Positions 18,217-30,066 of a DNA stretch of 64,000 bases are shown piece after piece. Positions within the stretch are counted from its first letter, which is position 1. Each line of letters opens with the position of its first letter. The stretch comes from an uncultured Gemmatimonadales bacterium. GTDB taxonomy: Bacteria; Gemmatimonadota; Gemmatimonadetes; Gemmatimonadales; Gemmatimonadaceae. The notes below the pieces were generated by a model. The model did no database searches. It saw only the letters and a list, made by a program, of their open reading frames with translations, and was not told where the DNA came from. Position numbers and translations under genes: made by a program. The stretch is from assembly GCA_963707505.1 (NCBI GenBank), contig CAVPQB010000004.1, positions 768,001 to 832,000 of the forward strand, in the 5' to 3' direction.

Positions 18217-19437
18217 TCAGGAAGCCGCGATGCTCCGCATTATCTCGTCGGCTGATGCATCCACTCGGCGCGCGGTGAACACGCGGAGCCAGCGCGCGGA
18301 ACGATACAGTTCTTCGGACAGTCGCGGAAGATTTATCGCGCCGGAGATTCCGCGATTGGTGAGTGTCTCGACGGTTGCATCGCGTCGCAATACTGCTATG
18401 TCCAGTCCGAGCATCTGGGTCTTCTCGGGATAGTCCAGCAACAGCTCGCCGCTCTTCAACCCGAGCATCGAGCCCAGTGCATTCTCCGCGGCACGCGTGC
18501 GCTTTCGATCGTTGCCGATCCAGTCGCCGAATCCGTCGTCGAGCTCGGATGCAGGCCATTCGGCCACGCGCTTGAAGAGGTGGCGTGAGCGAAGCGCTGC
18601 GAGCAGTGGCGACGGCGCACGATCCTGCAGGAAGTAGAGCAACCCTTCATCGGTGAAGCTGACGAGCTTCTCCTGCGTCAGCGTTCCGCTCCCGCATGCG
18701 TCTTCCACCACACGCTTGTACATCGCCGTAGCGCTACGTACTGCGTGATGCCAGTAAACGTTGCGGTACATCTGGTACTTCGCGAACAGCAGTGATTCCA
18801 GCGCGGACAAGCCCTTCTCGGCGACTCCGACAGTCTGGAGTCCCGTGACTGGATCGCCGACGAGCACCATCGAGTTGATCAGCCGATCCACATCGATCTC
18901 GCCGTATGCGACACCGCACATGTGTGCATCGCGCTTCAAGTATTCGATCTTGTCGAGATCGAGCGATCCCGATACCAGTCCCTGAAGCGGGGAATCTGCC
19001 TCACCCCGGATGAGCGCGATGATGCGCTCGGGGGCGTTCTCCCCGATGCGCGAGCGGAGAATCGACGCGACGGGGCCGGTTGTCACGAGCGCTGTCGCTA
19101 CCTCCTCGTGATTGGTCGCGCCAATCTCTTCCAGAGCGTGCGAGAACGGATAGTGGCCGACGTCGTGCAGCAGCGCCGCAATGGTAGTTATCGTGCATTC
19201 TTCTTCGGGGACATCGGCGATCCCGCGCTCGCGCAGCAGGCCGATCGCAATACGACACAGGTGATACGCGCCGAGCGCGTGCTCGAAGCGTGTGTGCGTC
19301 GCGCCGGGATAGACGAGATACGCGAGCCCCAACTGCCGGACATAACGAAGGCGCTGGAATACCGGCGTGTCCACCAGTTCCAGCGCCAACGAGTCGAGGC
19401 GAATGTTGTTCCAGATAGGGTCGCGGATGATTTCCAT
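18217..19437 (-). CDS. HD-domain phosphohydrolase (SAMHD1/YwfO-like, putative dNTPase)
   Basis: IRDPIW, FQRLRYVRQLG, HTRFEHALG, LLHDVGHYPFSH, DKIEYLKRD, MYRNVYWH. Confidence 0.9.
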   Translation of the reverse strand: MEIIRDPIWNNIRLDSLALELVDTPVFQRLRYVRQLGLAYLVYPGATHTRFEHALGAYHLCRIAIGLLRERGIADVPEEECTITTIAALLHDVGHYPFSHALEEIGATNHEEVATALVTTGPVASILRSRIGENAPERIIALIRGEADSPLQGLVSGSLDLDKIEYLKRDAHMCGVAYGEIDVDRLINSMVLVGDPVTGLQTVGVAEKGLSALESLLFAKYQMYRNVYWHHAVRSATAMYKRVVEDACGSGTLTQEKLVSFTDEGLLYFLQDRAPSPLLAALRSRHLFKRVAEWPASELDDGFGDWIGNDRKRTRAAENALGSMLGLKSGELLLDYPEKTQMLGLDIAVLRRDATVETLTNRGISGAINLPRLSEELYRSARWLRVFTARRVDASADEIMRSIAAS

Positions 19438-19492
19438 GACCCGAAAGCTAACTCCGGCAGAGATGCACGGTGTTAGCCATGCTGTCCGTTCG

Positions 19493-21071
<1,579 letters not shown>

Positions 21072-21102
21072 CTATGTTCTCTTCAATTGAATGTGAATGT
21101 GG

Positions 21103-23376
<2,274 letters not shown>

Positions 23377-23562
23377 CTAAGGCTTCCAAAGATCGCACTC
23401 CGAGGGGTCGTGGCGCCACCCTGCGGCCATTTTGCGCGCGGTGACGGTGCCAGGGCGCCCTGGGATGAGGGAGACGGCTCCGCGGCGCGCAGCGAGCGGC
23501 GGCGCGGTGTAGCGTTTTGCCCACTGGTGCGTAATACGTGTGCTGGTATACGATTAGACCGG

Positions 23563-23922
23563 ATGCTCAGACCGACCCAAAGCGTACGACGTAATAGCGG
23601 GCGGTGGGGATGGCGGCTGGCAGCTGTGCTGGCCATCCTTGCCCAATGCTGGATAGCGGTGGCTCCTCTTTCAGAGAGCCGCGGCTTTGGGCTATCCGCG
23701 CACGTCGAGGCGACGGGAAACCATCGGGGTCATTTCACGCACGACGCTGCGTCGTGCGCCGCGTGCTCCGTGCTGTCGCTCCACGCATTGAGCTCGCATC
23801 CGGCGGCGGTCCCGGTGCCGCCCGGCCAGCCGGTCTTCCGGGCGGTCACTACCGCTGAAGCGTGGATCGAAGCAGTTCAGCTTAAATCGGTCCAGCCCAG
23901 GGCGCCTCCCGCGTCTGTGTAG
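23563..23922 (+). CDS. DUF2946/CruR/CutF-like exported His/CxxC leader protein with C-terminal RAPP motif (copy 1)
   Basis: Basic N-region and hydrophobic segment, HVEATGNHRGHFTHD, CAAC, Pro-rich linker, ends QPRAPPASV*. Lies directly upstream of the TolC gene. Confidence 0.8.
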   Translation: MLRPTQSVRRNSGRWGWRLAAVLAILAQCWIAVAPLSESRGFGLSAHVEATGNHRGHFTHDAASCAACSVLSLHALSSHPAAVPVPPGQPVFRAVTTAEAWIEAVQLKSVQPRAPPASV

Positions 23923-23996
23923 TCCACGTCCGGTAGTCCGCGTGCATTTCCGCACGCGTGTGCATGCGGGCGTGTCAACACAACGAGAGAGATCGC

Positions 23997-25268
23997 ATGT
24001 CCCTAGCACGCTGGACTGCGCTGCTCGCACTCTGTGCAAGCAGCGCGTCTGCCCAACAACGTCCCGATACCCTGCTACTGACTCGCGCGGCCGCGATCCA
24101 GCTGGCGCTGGAGCACAATCCGCAGCTCGACGTCGCGCGGGAGCAGATCGCCGAGTTTCGCGCAGCCAGGGTTCAGGCTGTCGCAATCCCCGATCCGGCA
24201 GTCACGGCTTCGCTGGATGGGCAGCCAGGCCTGTTCCGCTCTTCAGCCACAGGCCAGAAGAATGTCGGTGCAACGCTGCAGGTTCCCTTTCCTGACAAGT
24301 TCCGTTTGCGCGGTAACGTTGCCGGCGCCGACATACGCAACGCGCAGGCGAACTATACGGCGCTTCAGCGTCAGATCGCTGCGCAGACCGCCGAGCAATA
24401 CGATTCGCTGTTGGTGGCGCTGCGACATCGAACGGATTTTACCGAGGCACAGACGCTCGCGAACGACTTTCTCAAGCGCACCCAGGCGCGGTTCGACGCA
24501 GGAACGGCGCCGCGACTCGACGTCATCAAGGCGCAGGTGGACGTTGCGGCGGCGACCAACGATTTGATATCGAACGAGCGCGCGATCGCGAACGCCTCAT
24601 CAGGATTGAATCGCTTCATGGGGCGCTCGCTTGGCGCTCCAATTGTCGCGACGGATTCGCTGACGGTGCCGCCGTCGCTTCCATCGGTAGATGTGCTCGA
24701 GCGCGAGGCGTTGAACGCGCGGCCGGAGCTCGCAGGTCTGATGGCGCAGCGCAAGGGAGCACACTCGGCCACGACTCTCGCGCGTGAATTCTGGCTTCCC
24801 GACCTCACCCTCGGCGTTTCGCGCGACGTGTCAGGCAACAGTGGGCCGGGAGTTTTCTCTACCGGCCTCGCATTTCCGCTTCCGTTGCTGTTCTGGCAGC
24901 ACACTAAGGGTGAGGTGAGCCAGTCCCTGCACTTCGAGCGTGAGTTGGCCGCGTCGTACCGCGATCTCGAAGCGGAAGTTGGCCAGGACGTGCGAAACGC
25001 ATACGCGGCAGCGAGCACTTCACTACGGCAGGCGATCTACATACGTGATCAGCTGCTTCCATCCGCACGTGAAGCTTACCGGTCGACAGCGGCGAGCTAC
25101 GCGATCGGCGGATCGTCGGCGTTTGAAGTCATCGACGCGCGCCGCACTCTGCTCGATGCGCAGAGTCAGTATTCCGACGCACTGGCCGCGGCCAACACAT
25201 CCAGATCCGATCTGGAACGCGCGGTAAGTGTGCCACTCGAAACCATCGCTTCCGGACCGAACCAATGA
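23997..25268 (+). CDS. TolC/CzcC-family outer membrane efflux protein
   Basis: Signal peptide MSLARWTALLALCASSASA, LTRAAAIQLALEHNP, two OEP-like helical repeats; upstream of the adaptor and RND genes. Confidence 0.9.
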   Translation: MSLARWTALLALCASSASAQQRPDTLLLTRAAAIQLALEHNPQLDVAREQIAEFRAARVQAVAIPDPAVTASLDGQPGLFRSSATGQKNVGATLQVPFPDKFRLRGNVAGADIRNAQANYTALQRQIAAQTAEQYDSLLVALRHRTDFTEAQTLANDFLKRTQARFDAGTAPRLDVIKAQVDVAAATNDLISNERAIANASSGLNRFMGRSLGAPIVATDSLTVPPSLPSVDVLEREALNARPELAGLMAQRKGAHSATTLAREFWLPDLTLGVSRDVSGNSGPGVFSTGLAFPLPLLFWQHTKGEVSQSLHFERELAASYRDLEAEVGQDVRNAYAAASTSLRQAIYIRDQLLPSAREAYRSTAASYAIGGSSAFEVIDARRTLLDAQSQYSDALAAANTSRSDLERAVSVPLETIASGPNQ

Positions 25269-26413
25269 GCATGAAGTCATTCTGTTTGATTGCTGGCCTC
25301 GTTCTCTTGTCGGCTTGTGGAGGGTCGGATGAATCAGCGAATACGGTGACGCCGGCATCGGCCAAGCCATCCAACCTTACACTCACAGCGGAACAACAGG
25401 CGCGTATTCATCTGGACACCATTGCTCCGTCGAAGTTTTATCCCAGCGTATCGACGACCGGTACCGTCGCGTTCAACGGCGACAGGTCGACGCAGGTGCT
25501 GTCACCGGTTTCGGGTCCCGTGACCAAACTGCTCGTGCAGCCGGGTACTGTAGTCGCGAGCGGCACCGCACTGGCAACGGTTTCGTCTCCCGACTTCGCG
25601 GCAGCCGTAGGAAGCTATCGCAAGGCGGTTGTGACGGCGACCAACCTTCAGCGGATCGCCGACCAGGACGTGCAACTCTTCAAGACCGACGCGCTGTCGC
25701 GTCGGGATCTCGAGCAGGCCCAGACCGACGCCGCGTCTGCGGTCGCTGACAGAGAAGCGGCGCTGGAGCAGATCAGATCCCTTGGCATCGACCCGGCCGT
25801 AATCGCGAACGCGACGAACGGTGGCAGTACTGGAGCAGTGCCGGGTGTAATTCGTGCGCCGATTGCCGGAACGGTCGTCGAGCGACTCATCACACCAGGA
25901 CAGTTGCTCCAGGCAGGGGGAACGCCAGCGTTTACCATCGCGGACCTGTCGACTGTATGGGTGATGGCGAACGTGTTCGAGTCCGATCTCGCGAGCGTGC
26001 ACAAGGGCGAGCACGTGACCGTGACTAGCGCAGTGAGTCCAACGCCGTTCGACGGCACTGTCGACTACGTCGGTGCACTGGTCGATTCTTCCACTCGCGC
26101 GACATCCGTACGCCTTGTGGTGCGCAATCGCGATGATCTGCTGAAGCGAGACATGTACGTCAATGTCGCGATCAGGGGCGATCGCCAGAAGTCGGGAATT
26201 CTTGCACCGGTAGATGCCGTGCTTCGCGACGATCAGAATCTTCCGTTCGTCTTTGTCGCGACCGGCAATTCGCCAAATGTGCAGTACGCGCGGCGCAGCG
26301 TCACACTCGGCGCGCGTATCGGCGATGACTACGAGATACTGTCCGGACTGAATCCCGGTGACCGTGTGGTTGCAGAGGGTGCGTTGTTCCTGCAGTTCGC
26401 GGAGAGCCTGTGA
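25265..26413 (+). CDS. RND efflux periplasmic adaptor (CzcB-like lipoprotein)
   Basis: Lipobox LSAC, SPVSGPVTKL, IRAPIAGTVVER, IADLSTVWV, GLNPGDRVV; ATGA overlap with the TolC gene. Confidence 0.92.
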   Translation: MSMKSFCLIAGLVLLSACGGSDESANTVTPASAKPSNLTLTAEQQARIHLDTIAPSKFYPSVSTTGTVAFNGDRSTQVLSPVSGPVTKLLVQPGTVVASGTALATVSSPDFAAAVGSYRKAVVTATNLQRIADQDVQLFKTDALSRRDLEQAQTDAASAVADREAALEQIRSLGIDPAVIANATNGGSTGAVPGVIRAPIAGTVVERLITPGQLLQAGGTPAFTIADLSTVWVMANVFESDLASVHKGEHVTVTSAVSPTPFDGTVDYVGALVDSSTRATSVRLVVRNRDDLLKRDMYVNVAIRGDRQKSGILAPVDAVLRDDQNLPFVFVATGNSPNVQYARRSVTLGARIGDDYEILSGLNPGDRVVAEGALFLQFAESL

Positions 26414-29400
26414 CCCCTCCCGATTCCAATGGTTCGCCGGACGGGTCCGGCGCAAACCATCCACGGAGTGCGCTTCCACAGATAGAGGAGCCCGGTTTGG
26501 CGGAGGGCGCGGCACAATCGTTTGTGAATCGTGTCGTCGCGGCGTCGCTGGCACAGCCACTGTTGACCGGCATTCTCGCGATTGTGTTGATAGGCGTCGG
26601 TGCGTGGTCGTTTTCCCGCCTTCCTGTGGATGCGTATCCCGATGTTTCGCCGCCGATGGTCGAGATCATATCTCAGTGGCCCGGCCATGCTGCGGAAGAG
26701 GTGGAGCGACTGATAACCGTACCCGTCGAAGCTGGTATGAACGGCACGCCGAACCTGAAGGTCATGCGCTCGGTTTCGTTGTACGGACTGTCCGATGTGA
26801 CGATGACTTTCGAGGATCGGACCGACACGTATTTCGCACGGCAGCAGGTGTTCGAGCGCATACCGGATCTGAGCCTGCCTGACGGTGTGTCGTCGTCCGT
26901 CGCGCCGATGTCGTCGCCATCGGGGCTGGTTTATCGATACGTGGTCCAGAGCCCTGACCGCACGCCGATGCAGCTCAAGAACATTCAGGACTGGATCCTG
27001 GAAAAGCAGTACAAGGCGGTTCCTGGTGTTGCCGACATGTCGTCGCTTGGCGGCCAGACGATGCAGTATCAGGTGCTCATCGATCCCACCAAGCTTGCCG
27101 GCGCCGGACTCAACGTGTCCACGCTGGCGAACGCGCTTGGCAACAACAATGGGAACGCGGGCGGCGGCTTCTACTCTGAGGGCGGGCAGTTCTACTACGT
27201 TCGCGGACTCGGCCGAATCAACACTCTTGAGGACATCGCAAACACCGTAGTCGCCGTGCAGAACGGGACACCGGTGCTGGTGAAGGACGTCGGCTCCGTC
27301 GAGATCGGTTATGCGCCGCGGCTCGGTCAGTTCGGCTTCAACGACCAGAACGACGCCGTGGAAGGCGTGATCCTGATGCGCACGGGCGAGCAAGCGCAGA
27401 CGGTGCTCAAGCGCGTCGAACAGAAAACGAACGAGCTCAACACCACAGTTCTTCCGAAGGATGTGAAGGTCGTCCCATTCTACGATCGCAGCGATCTCAT
27501 ACAGCTCACGACCAAGACGGTGGAGGACAATCTCCTCCGCGGTATCATCCTCGTAGTGGTGATTCTGATCTTCTTCCTGTACGACATCCGCTCGGGGCTC
27601 ATCGTCGCGGTATCGATACCGCTGGCGTTGATGTTCGCGTTCATCTGCCTGGATCTCAAGGGCATTCCGGCGAATCTGCTGTCGATCGGAGCGATCGACT
27701 TCGGAATCCTGGTGGATGGCGCCGTAGTGATGGTCGAAAACATCCACCGGCAACTGGCGCGACGACACGGCACCGCGTATGACATAAAGACGGTGATAAC
27801 GGAAGCCGCCGCGGAAGTGGATCGTCCAATCGTGTACGCGATAGCTGTGATCATTGCAGGTTTCTCGCCGATCTACGTCCTTACTGGACCGTCAGGCAGG
27901 CTGTTCAAGCCGATGGCGGATACCACGATCTTTGCTTTGATAGGATCGTTACTGGTGACCATCACGCTTCTTCCGGTGGTGTGTGCGGTGGTGTTGCGCG
28001 GCGGTGTGAAGGAACGCCGGAACGCGACCTTCGAATGGATCCTCCTGCAATACAGGCGCGGTCTGGAATGGAGTCTCCGGCACGCGAAGCTCGTACTGTG
28101 GGGATCGATTGCGATCGGCGTTGCATGCTTGCTGATTATCACGCGGATCGGTGGCGAGTTCATGCCCAAGCTCGACGAGGGTGCGCTCTGGGTTCGAGCG
28201 ACTATGCCGTACACGATCTCGTTCGAGGAGTCCTCGAAGATCGTCCCGCAGATAAGGGCGATCATCAAGTCGTTCCCCGAAGTCACACTGGTAGCGTCTG
28301 AGCACGGACGTCCGGATGACGGAACCGACGCAACGGGATTCTTCAACGCCGAATTCTACGTTGGGCTCAAGCCGTACGGAGAGTGGCACGGCAAGTATCG
28401 CACAAAGCCGGAGCTGATCGCGGCCATCGATCAGAAGTTGCGCGCCTATCCTGGAATCACGTTCAACTATACCCAGCCGGCGGAAGATGCCGTCGACGAA
28501 GCCGAGACGGGCCTCAAGAGCTCGCTCGACGCGAAGATATTCGGGACCGATCTGAAAGTGCTGCAGGAGCGGGGAACACAGATCAAGAAGGTGCTTGATC
28601 AGGTGCGCGGTATCAATCAGGTTACGCTCGTTCAGGAGCTGGGCCAGCCGGCGCTGACTGTAACCGCGGATCGCGCGAAGATGGCGCGCTACGGTCTCAA
28701 CGTTTCGGATGTGAATGGGCTGATCGAGGCCGCTGTCGGCGGCGCGGCGGCAACGCAGGTCGTGCAGGGAGAGCAGTTATACGACCTGGTTGTGCGGTTG
28801 CAACCGCAGTTCCGTGAGACGGCCGACGAGATCGGCAACATTCTCATCGCGACGCCGAGCGGCGCACAGATCCCGCTTCGCGAGGTAACGACGCTCAAGA
28901 TCGATAACGGCGCGTCGTTCATCTACCGACAGGACAACTCGCGGTACATCGGTCTGCAGTATTCCGTGACCGGGCGCGATCTGGCCGGTGCAGTGGATGA
29001 TGCGCGAGCGCAGGTCGCGCGAAAGGTGAAGCTGCCGCCCGGTTACTCGATAGTCTGGGGTGGCGAGTTCGAAGAGTACACGGCCTCGCGTCGTCAGCTG
29101 CAGATAGTGTTGCCGCTGACGCTCGCGGTGATTTTCATCCTGCTATTCGCGTTGTATCGGAACTTCAAATTTCCATTCATCACCGTCGCCGGTGTGCTCC
29201 TCTCTGCGCCACTCGGCGGACTGGTTGCGTTGTGGATATCCGGGACTCCATTCTCGGTCTCGTCCGGGATCGGCTTTCTCGCGTTATTCGGTGTATCCGT
29301 GCAGACGGCCGTGGTCTACATCTCCTACGCCAACGAGCTGCGGATCGGCGGTCTTGGAATCTCGGAGGCGACGCTGGACGCTGCACTGCTGCGATTGAGA

Positions 29401-29598
29401 CCGATCATGATGACGGCACTCGTTGCGGCGCTGGGACTGCTTCCTGCAGCGTTTTCTACGGGAGTGGGATCTGATTCCCAGCGACCATTCGCGATGGTGA
29501 TCGTGGGCGGCCTCTTTTCGCGTCTTCTGCTGAGTGTGTTCCTGATGCCAGTATTGTACCTGATGGTGTCGCGCGATAACGACGAGCTGCACGTCTAG
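26410..29598 (+). CDS. CzcA/CusA-family heavy-metal efflux RND permease
   Basis: LPVDAYPD, AEEVERLITVPVE, TM4 GAIDFGILVDGAVVMVEN, GGEFMPKLDEG, RLRPIMMTALVA, GSDSQRP. Confidence 0.94.
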   Translation: MTPPDSNGSPDGSGANHPRSALPQIEEPGLAEGAAQSFVNRVVAASLAQPLLTGILAIVLIGVGAWSFSRLPVDAYPDVSPPMVEIISQWPGHAAEEVERLITVPVEAGMNGTPNLKVMRSVSLYGLSDVTMTFEDRTDTYFARQQVFERIPDLSLPDGVSSSVAPMSSPSGLVYRYVVQSPDRTPMQLKNIQDWILEKQYKAVPGVADMSSLGGQTMQYQVLIDPTKLAGAGLNVSTLANALGNNNGNAGGGFYSEGGQFYYVRGLGRINTLEDIANTVVAVQNGTPVLVKDVGSVEIGYAPRLGQFGFNDQNDAVEGVILMRTGEQAQTVLKRVEQKTNELNTTVLPKDVKVVPFYDRSDLIQLTTKTVEDNLLRGIILVVVILIFFLYDIRSGLIVAVSIPLALMFAFICLDLKGIPANLLSIGAIDFGILVDGAVVMVENIHRQLARRHGTAYDIKTVITEAAAEVDRPIVYAIAVIIAGFSPIYVLTGPSGRLFKPMADTTIFALIGSLLVTITLLPVVCAVVLRGGVKERRNATFEWILLQYRRGLEWSLRHAKLVLWGSIAIGVACLLIITRIGGEFMPKLDEGALWVRATMPYTISFEESSKIVPQIRAIIKSFPEVTLVASEHGRPDDGTDATGFFNAEFYVGLKPYGEWHGKYRTKPELIAAIDQKLRAYPGITFNYTQPAEDAVDEAETGLKSSLDAKIFGTDLKVLQERGTQIKKVLDQVRGINQVTLVQELGQPALTVTADRAKMARYGLNVSDVNGLIEAAVGGAAATQVVQGEQLYDLVVRLQPQFRETADEIGNILIATPSGAQIPLREVTTLKIDNGASFIYRQDNSRYIGLQYSVTGRDLAGAVDDARAQVARKVKLPPGYSIVWGGEFEEYTASRRQLQIVLPLTLAVIFILLFALYRNFKFPFITVAGVLLSAPLGGLVALWISGTPFSVSSGIGFLALFGVSVQTAVVYISYANELRIGGLGISEATLDAALLRLRPIMMTALVAALGLLPAAFSTGVGSDSQRPFAMVIVGGLFSRLLLSVFLMPVLYLMVSRDNDELHV

Positions 29599-29599
29599 G

Positions 29600-29980
29600 G
29601 TGCCGTTTCGGATGATGGCAACTGGTGCAGGCGCGCGCGGGCGGCCGCGGGGACTCAGAGTCTTCGCGCTCGCCTTCGCGTTGCTGCAGTTCGGCCTTCA
29701 GGGGACGTTTGCGGTCAGCGACGGCTACGAAGAGCAGGCCAGTTCGCACGTCGCGCCCGTTCACGCCGAGATACCGGGCAATCACCACCATCGCCTGCAC
29801 GACAGCGATTGTGTCGTCTGTCACGTCCTTGCGACTGGCTCGACGGTGCCCCCGCGCGCAGTTCCAGCGTGGCTCGACGCCGAGCGTGTTTCGGTCGCGC
29901 CTCCGACCGAGATCGGTGCACGTCCCTACGCCCTCGTTGCCGGCTCCCGGCTCGCTCGCGCACCGCCGGTGAAAGTGTGA
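29600..29980 (+). CDS. DUF2946/CruR/CutF-like exported His/CxxC leader protein with C-terminal RAPP motif (copy 2)
   Basis: Basic N-region and hydrophobic segment, HAEIPGNHHHRLHD, CVVC, Pro-rich linker, ends LARAPPVKV*. Start is GTG 29600 or ATG 29612; lies directly upstream of the TonB-dependent receptor. Confidence 0.8.
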   Translation: MPFRMMATGAGARGRPRGLRVFALAFALLQFGLQGTFAVSDGYEEQASSHVAPVHAEIPGNHHHRLHDSDCVVCHVLATGSTVPPRAVPAWLDAERVSVAPPTEIGARPYALVAGSRLARAPPVKV

Positions 29981-30055
29981 TCTGAAGGTGGAGGCAGAGC
30001 CTCCGCCATGGATTTACGTCGCCGCCACTTTCTGGCGGCGCGATCACACTATCGC
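29969..30055 (+). promoter_or_regulatory. Predicted multibranch mRNA structure linking the RAPP leader stop codon to the receptor initiation region
   Basis: Closing stem gtga-a-agtgtgatc (29969-29982) / gatcacact-a-tcgc (30042-30055) encloses hairpins at 29987-30007 and 30020-30040. Confidence 0.6.
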
Positions 30056-30066
30056 ATTCAAAATTC

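Noticed and set aside
18217..19437. HD protein as an anti-phage dNTPase
   Set aside because: It sits in a housekeeping context beside pckA with no defence genes; the family is widespread.
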